Shown: in pieces, positions 60,471-64,000 of the stretch
Layout: each line of letters opens with the position of its first letter
Position numbering within the stretch: the first letter of the stretch is position 1
Assembly (NCBI GenBank): GCA_004764695.1
Contig: SMSO01000033.1
Span: 2,294,001 to 2,358,000, forward strand
Source of the DNA: Schizochytrium sp. TIO01
Taxonomy: Eukaryota; Protista; Bigyra: Labyrinthulomycetes
Direction of reading: 5' to 3'
Length of the DNA stretch: 64,000 bases
Position numbers and translations under genes: made by a program
The notes under the pieces: generated by a model
The model's database searches: none
What the model was told of the DNA's origin: nothing
What the model saw: the letters and a program-made list of their open reading frames with translations, nothing else

Positions 60471-63400
60471 ATGGACGCGCACGTTGAGACAAAGCTAGAC
60501 AACAGGGATGATGGCTGGGACGATGCACAGAAAAAAACACATTCAACTGAAGACAATGACAGTGATAATGAGGACGACAATGAAGACGCCGAGACATTAA
60601 TTTTGAACATGTATGAAGTGAAAGGCGATGAAGATTTCCTTGAAACCAGTCGGAGTCATGTCACAGAGCAGGTGGATGAGAATCAGGTGGACGAAGCAAA
60701 TATGTTGACATGGAGGAAAGGCTTCGTGGTTGGTAAAAGCCCAACGAAAAGGTCTGGTCATACTTTCACAGTTCTTGGGACAAATGCATTTCTTTTCGGT
60801 GGATGTGATGCTCAGAGTACAGCTGGGCCTACGGGGGAGCTCTGGCAGCTCAAGATGCTAGGAAACTTTGAATGGATTCGCCTAGACGATCAGATTAACA
60901 AACAAGGTGGAGTTCCGCTGGCCAGATGGCTTCACAGTGCATGCGTCTACGATAAAAAGTTCATCTTGTATTTCGGGGGCTTTCATTCAAGTAAACGCCG
61001 ACTCAATGACCTTTGGATGTTTGATACTATTACCTTGCAATGGAGTCTGCTTTATGAAGGCTACACAGGCACACCTGGTATTGACGAGAAAATATCCAAT
61101 CTTGCGCCTCCTCCTCGTGGAGGCCATACAGCGTCAATCATTGGAGATAAAATGTGGGTTTTCGGAGGTTATGGAGGACAGGGTTATTCACGAAAGGACT
61201 TTAATGATTTGTTTTTGCTCAATCTTCATGAAATGGAATGGGAGCAACTTCCTCAACTTAAAGGAGTTCCTCCTCGGCCACGATCCGGACACTCGGCAAC
61301 AGTTGTCGACTCCTGCATATATATTCATGGAGGTTGGAATGCGGTAGAGCAGCTAAGTGATTTGAGCATTCTTGATACACGTTTGAATACTTGGTCTACA
61401 GTGGAAACATTTATGGATCCTCGATGGGGACACACATCATGCCCAGTAGAGGCGATACCTTACTGGAAGATTTTTTACTTCGGAGGATGCACAGGAAACC
61501 TCGTTGAAACCAAGCGAGCACAAGGGACACTTTCAAGTAAGGTTCTAATTCTTGACACAGGGACTTGCGTGTTTGATCGCCCAAAAGTGCGGGGAGACAT
61601 GCCATGCGGACGTACAGATACAACATTTGGGTATGATGTTAAAGGAAGTCGCTTGGTCATGTTTGGAGGTTGGGCAAATCAGTGGCTGGATGATATTTAT
61701 ACTCTTGATGTGGGTTGTATTGTGGGCCCACCATACGCGATCCTTGGAATTTTCCCACGACAAGGACCTCTAACGGGTGGCACAGAGATTATGATCTCTG
61801 GAATGGATTTTGTTCACGATCCTAAAGACCCACGTATCAAAGTGCGATTTATTGCCAAAGGGGGGCACATCCTTGATGCTAATGGAGTGTTTGTTAATTC
61901 TGAAACCATTACGTGTGTTTCGCCTAATTTTGACGAGCTATTGAATGGGGACCTAACCGCAGACCAGCTTGAAGTTGATGTTCGAATTGCTATCAAAGAT
62001 GATTCGTTTACGACAACTTTTCAGAAATACACATTTTTATCAGTCACAGTCGCAGAACAATGTCTAGCGTTTGGACCTGGTCTGACAAGTGGTGGATACC
62101 CTGGCGCCCCTACTATGTTTGTTATTCAAGCAAATGATGTCATCGGGCTCCTGCGGTCGACGGGTGGCGATGAGTTTGAAATTCGAATTCGGAACGATGA
62201 TATAGCTGTTCTTGATGCTACTATTGAGGATAATGAGGACGGATCATACGCTGTTGACTTTACCATTCCAGCGGCAGGTGAATATACAATTGAAATCGAA
62301 TATACTGGGCGCTTCGTGGACGAAACGGGTCAAAAATACAATACCGGGAAATCGGGCCATATTCGAGGAAGTCCATTCACAGTTTATTTCGATGAGAATG
62401 CCGCAAAATCATCCAACAAAATGAATGGACCCTTGGTCCGCGAAGCAATTGAGCGTCGCTTTCAGTACACTAAAAAACTGGTCAGTGCTACGCGTGTTCA
62501 GTTACTCAAGTCTATATCGCCAGGCTATGCAATTGAATTAGCAGCTGACATCAAGGCAGTGATTGCAGTGAAAGAAAAACTATTCCAAGTGGAAGCAGAA
62601 CGTGCTGAGATTGAGCTAAGCCTTGATGTCACTGAGCGTGTTGCCCTTCATCTTGCCGAAAACTATGGTGTGAAGTCGGAAAAGCGAGTTCAAGATGTTG
62701 CCAAAGTACGCGAGGAATGGAAATCCATATTAGACGGGCAACCCAACCTTATCGCTCAGTCGAATGCCGCTTTGCGCCCGCACGTGATTGCGCACGGAGA
62801 GAAAACTAAAGACCAGCTGTTAGAATATGAAGCAAGTGTCATTAGCTACGAGGAAACTGTGAAGAGACGACCTTGTTTTAAATGGAACACAGGTCCAGAG
62901 GGAGCGCTCAGTTCGCTTGTTGAAACTGTGGAGATATATGAAGCCCGCTTAGAAAAACATGAGGACATGAAAAAATTAGCAAAACTCTTTGAATTCCCAG
63001 AGCTAGTACACGGAGCAACGACCGTAATGGAGAGAATTTCCAAGCTTCTGGAGCATGCTCAGGAAATGTGGGAGGTTGCTTCTGATGCACTGATTTTCGT
63101 AGATGAATCAAAAGGTACACTTTGGCGTAAAGTGAAGCCAGATGTGTTAGAAGATGAGGCAAGAAAACGTCTTAAAATAGTAAAGGCTCTTCCTCGTGAC
63201 TTGCGAGAAAGCAATGCATATCTTGGTCTTGAACAAGAGGTTAAAAACTTTGTGCTCACCTGTCCTTTGATTGCTCAGCTTGGTAATAAAGCTATGCGCA
63301 TTCGCCACTGGGAGGAGCTTCAATCAACGATTGGCCAATCTTTTGCTGGACCTCATGAAAATAAAAACCTTCGCTTAGGTGAAGTGCTTGACTTGGGTCT

Positions 63401-64000
63401 TCACAACTTTGCAGCGCAGGTAGAAAGTATTGCAAATCGTGCTGGTAAAGAAGCAAAGGTAGAGGCTGCTATGACCAAAATTGAGCGTGCTTGGTCTACC
63501 CTTCAATTTCTGGAGGAGGAGCGAGTGGATCTTGATGATGCACCCCCGCGCATTTTCTTGTCAGAAGAAGACTTGCAATTACTTGAAGCAGACCAATTAA
63601 CTGTTGATGCTATGGCAAATTCACCCTACATGAAGCCTTTTGAGGATGCCTATACTACTGCCGAAGGGCTGAAAGGTAAAGGTGTAAAATATTGGAAGAC
63701 TGCATTAGGGAACATTGTGAAGATTGTGGGCTTTTTAGAACACATTCAGCAAACATGGGCTTATCTTGGTTCACTCTTTTTGCTTTCAGAGGAAGTAAAA
63801 ATTGCACTTCCCAATGATGCCAAACGTTTTGTGGCCCTAGATACTGACGTACGCAAGTTTTTAGAGGATGCTGTGAAGATCAAAATTGTTCTGAAATTTT
63901 GCACAACGCCAAAGCTTGCAGAAAACATGGAAGAAATACATGAGCAGCTTGAAATTTGCAAAAAGAGTTTGGGGGACTTCCTTGCCACAAAGCGCTCTGC
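60471..64000 (+). CDS. Outer-arm dynein heavy chain with N-terminal Kelch, IPT/TIG and filamin domains (Chlamydomonas alpha-HC type), 3'-truncated
   Basis: Same reading frame at ATG 60471 and at the window end; absent from the ORF track. Kelch motifs PTKRSGHT, PLARWLHS, PPPRGGHT, PRPRSGHS; IPT GPLTGGTEIMISG; filamin DNEDGSY and IRGSPF; DHC_N2 AMRIRHWEEL, IQQTWAYLGSLF, LEICKKSLGDFLATKR. Confidence 0.92.
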   Translation, partial: MDAHVETKLDNRDDGWDDAQKKTHSTEDNDSDNEDDNEDAETLILNMYEVKGDEDFLETSRSHVTEQVDENQVDEANMLTWRKGFVVGKSPTKRSGHTFTVLGTNAFLFGGCDAQSTAGPTGELWQLKMLGNFEWIRLDDQINKQGGVPLARWLHSACVYDKKFILYFGGFHSSKRRLNDLWMFDTITLQWSLLYEGYTGTPGIDEKISNLAPPPRGGHTASIIGDKMWVFGGYGGQGYSRKDFNDLFLLNLHEMEWEQLPQLKGVPPRPRSGHSATVVDSCIYIHGGWNAVEQLSDLSILDTRLNTWSTVETFMDPRWGHTSCPVEAIPYWKIFYFGGCTGNLVETKRAQGTLSSKVLILDTGTCVFDRPKVRGDMPCGRTDTTFGYDVKGSRLVMFGGWANQWLDDIYTLDVGCIVGPPYAILGIFPRQGPLTGGTEIMISGMDFVHDPKDPRIKVRFIAKGGHILDANGVFVNSETITCVSPNFDELLNGDLTADQLEVDVRIAIKDDSFTTTFQKYTFLSVTVAEQCLAFGPGLTSGGYPGAPTMFVIQANDVIGLLRSTGGDEFEIRIRNDDIAVLDATIEDNEDGSYAVDFTIPAAGEYTIEIEYTGRFVDETGQKYNTGKSGHIRGSPFTVYFDENAAKSSNKMNGPLVREAIERRFQYTKKLVSATRVQLLKSISPGYAIELAADIKAVIAVKEKLFQVEAERAEIELSLDVTERVALHLAENYGVKSEKRVQDVAKVREEWKSILDGQPNLIAQSNAALRPHVIAHGEKTKDQLLEYEASVISYEETVKRRPCFKWNTGPEGALSSLVETVEIYEARLEKHEDMKKLAKLFEFPELVHGATTVMERISKLLEHAQEMWEVASDALIFVDESKGTLWRKVKPDVLEDEARKRLKIVKALPRDLRESNAYLGLEQEVKNFVLTCPLIAQLGNKAMRIRHWEELQSTIGQSFAGPHENKNLRLGEVLDLGLHNFAAQVESIANRAGKEAKVEAAMTKIERAWSTLQFLEEERVDLDDAPPRIFLSEEDLQLLEADQLTVDAMANSPYMKPFEDAYTTAEGLKGKGVKYWKTALGNIVKIVGFLEHIQQTWAYLGSLFLLSEEVKIALPNDAKRFVALDTDVRKFLEDAVKIKIVLKFCTTPKLAENMEEIHEQLEICKKSLGDFLATKRS

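Noticed and set aside
60907-63988. Short ORFs listed within 60.9-64 kb
   Set aside because: Alternative-frame or antisense shadows of the dynein CDS.
1-64000. tRNA, rRNA, telomeric repeats and viral hallmark genes
   Set aside because: None recognised by eye; tRNAscan-SE, Infernal and viral HMM searches would be needed to exclude them.

Overview
Eukaryotic nuclear DNA from an intron-poor, microsatellite-rich flagellated protist; gene content and architecture look thraustochytrid/labyrinthulomycete-like, which is an inference. I can support about 18 protein genes: an ARM-like protein (partial), a KCR/17beta-HSD-like SDR, a TPR-like protein, a 3-exon ABM-domain protein, an ankyrin protein, LRRC72-like, TMEM222/RTE1, a UIM protein, a TTLL6/13-type polyglutamylase, a CCR/DFR-like reductase, a THEM6-like thioesterase, a glutaredoxin fusion, several hypotheticals, and the 5' part of a Kelch-type outer-arm dynein heavy chain. 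Five spliceosomal introns were reconstructed by hand. There are long gene-poor stretches (about 1.2-11.9, 26.2-34.3 and 55.2-60.4 kb) made of simple repeats, AT-rich tracts and decayed coding-like fragments. Best leads: (1) a CxxC glutaredoxin fused to a DUF442/PTP-fold domain whose catalytic Cys is replaced by Asp; (2) a tandem duplication at 46.75-53.83 kb in which only one copy carries an extra ~2.5 kb segment holding a decayed Ulp1/C48 protease gene, a candidate mobile element with its empty site next door; (3) two convergent genes whose stop codons interlock in 6 bp; (4) two TTG(A/C)AA minisatellites each followed by nearly the same 12-mer. No rRNA, tRNA or CRISPR array was seen. All calls are by eye, without database searches.
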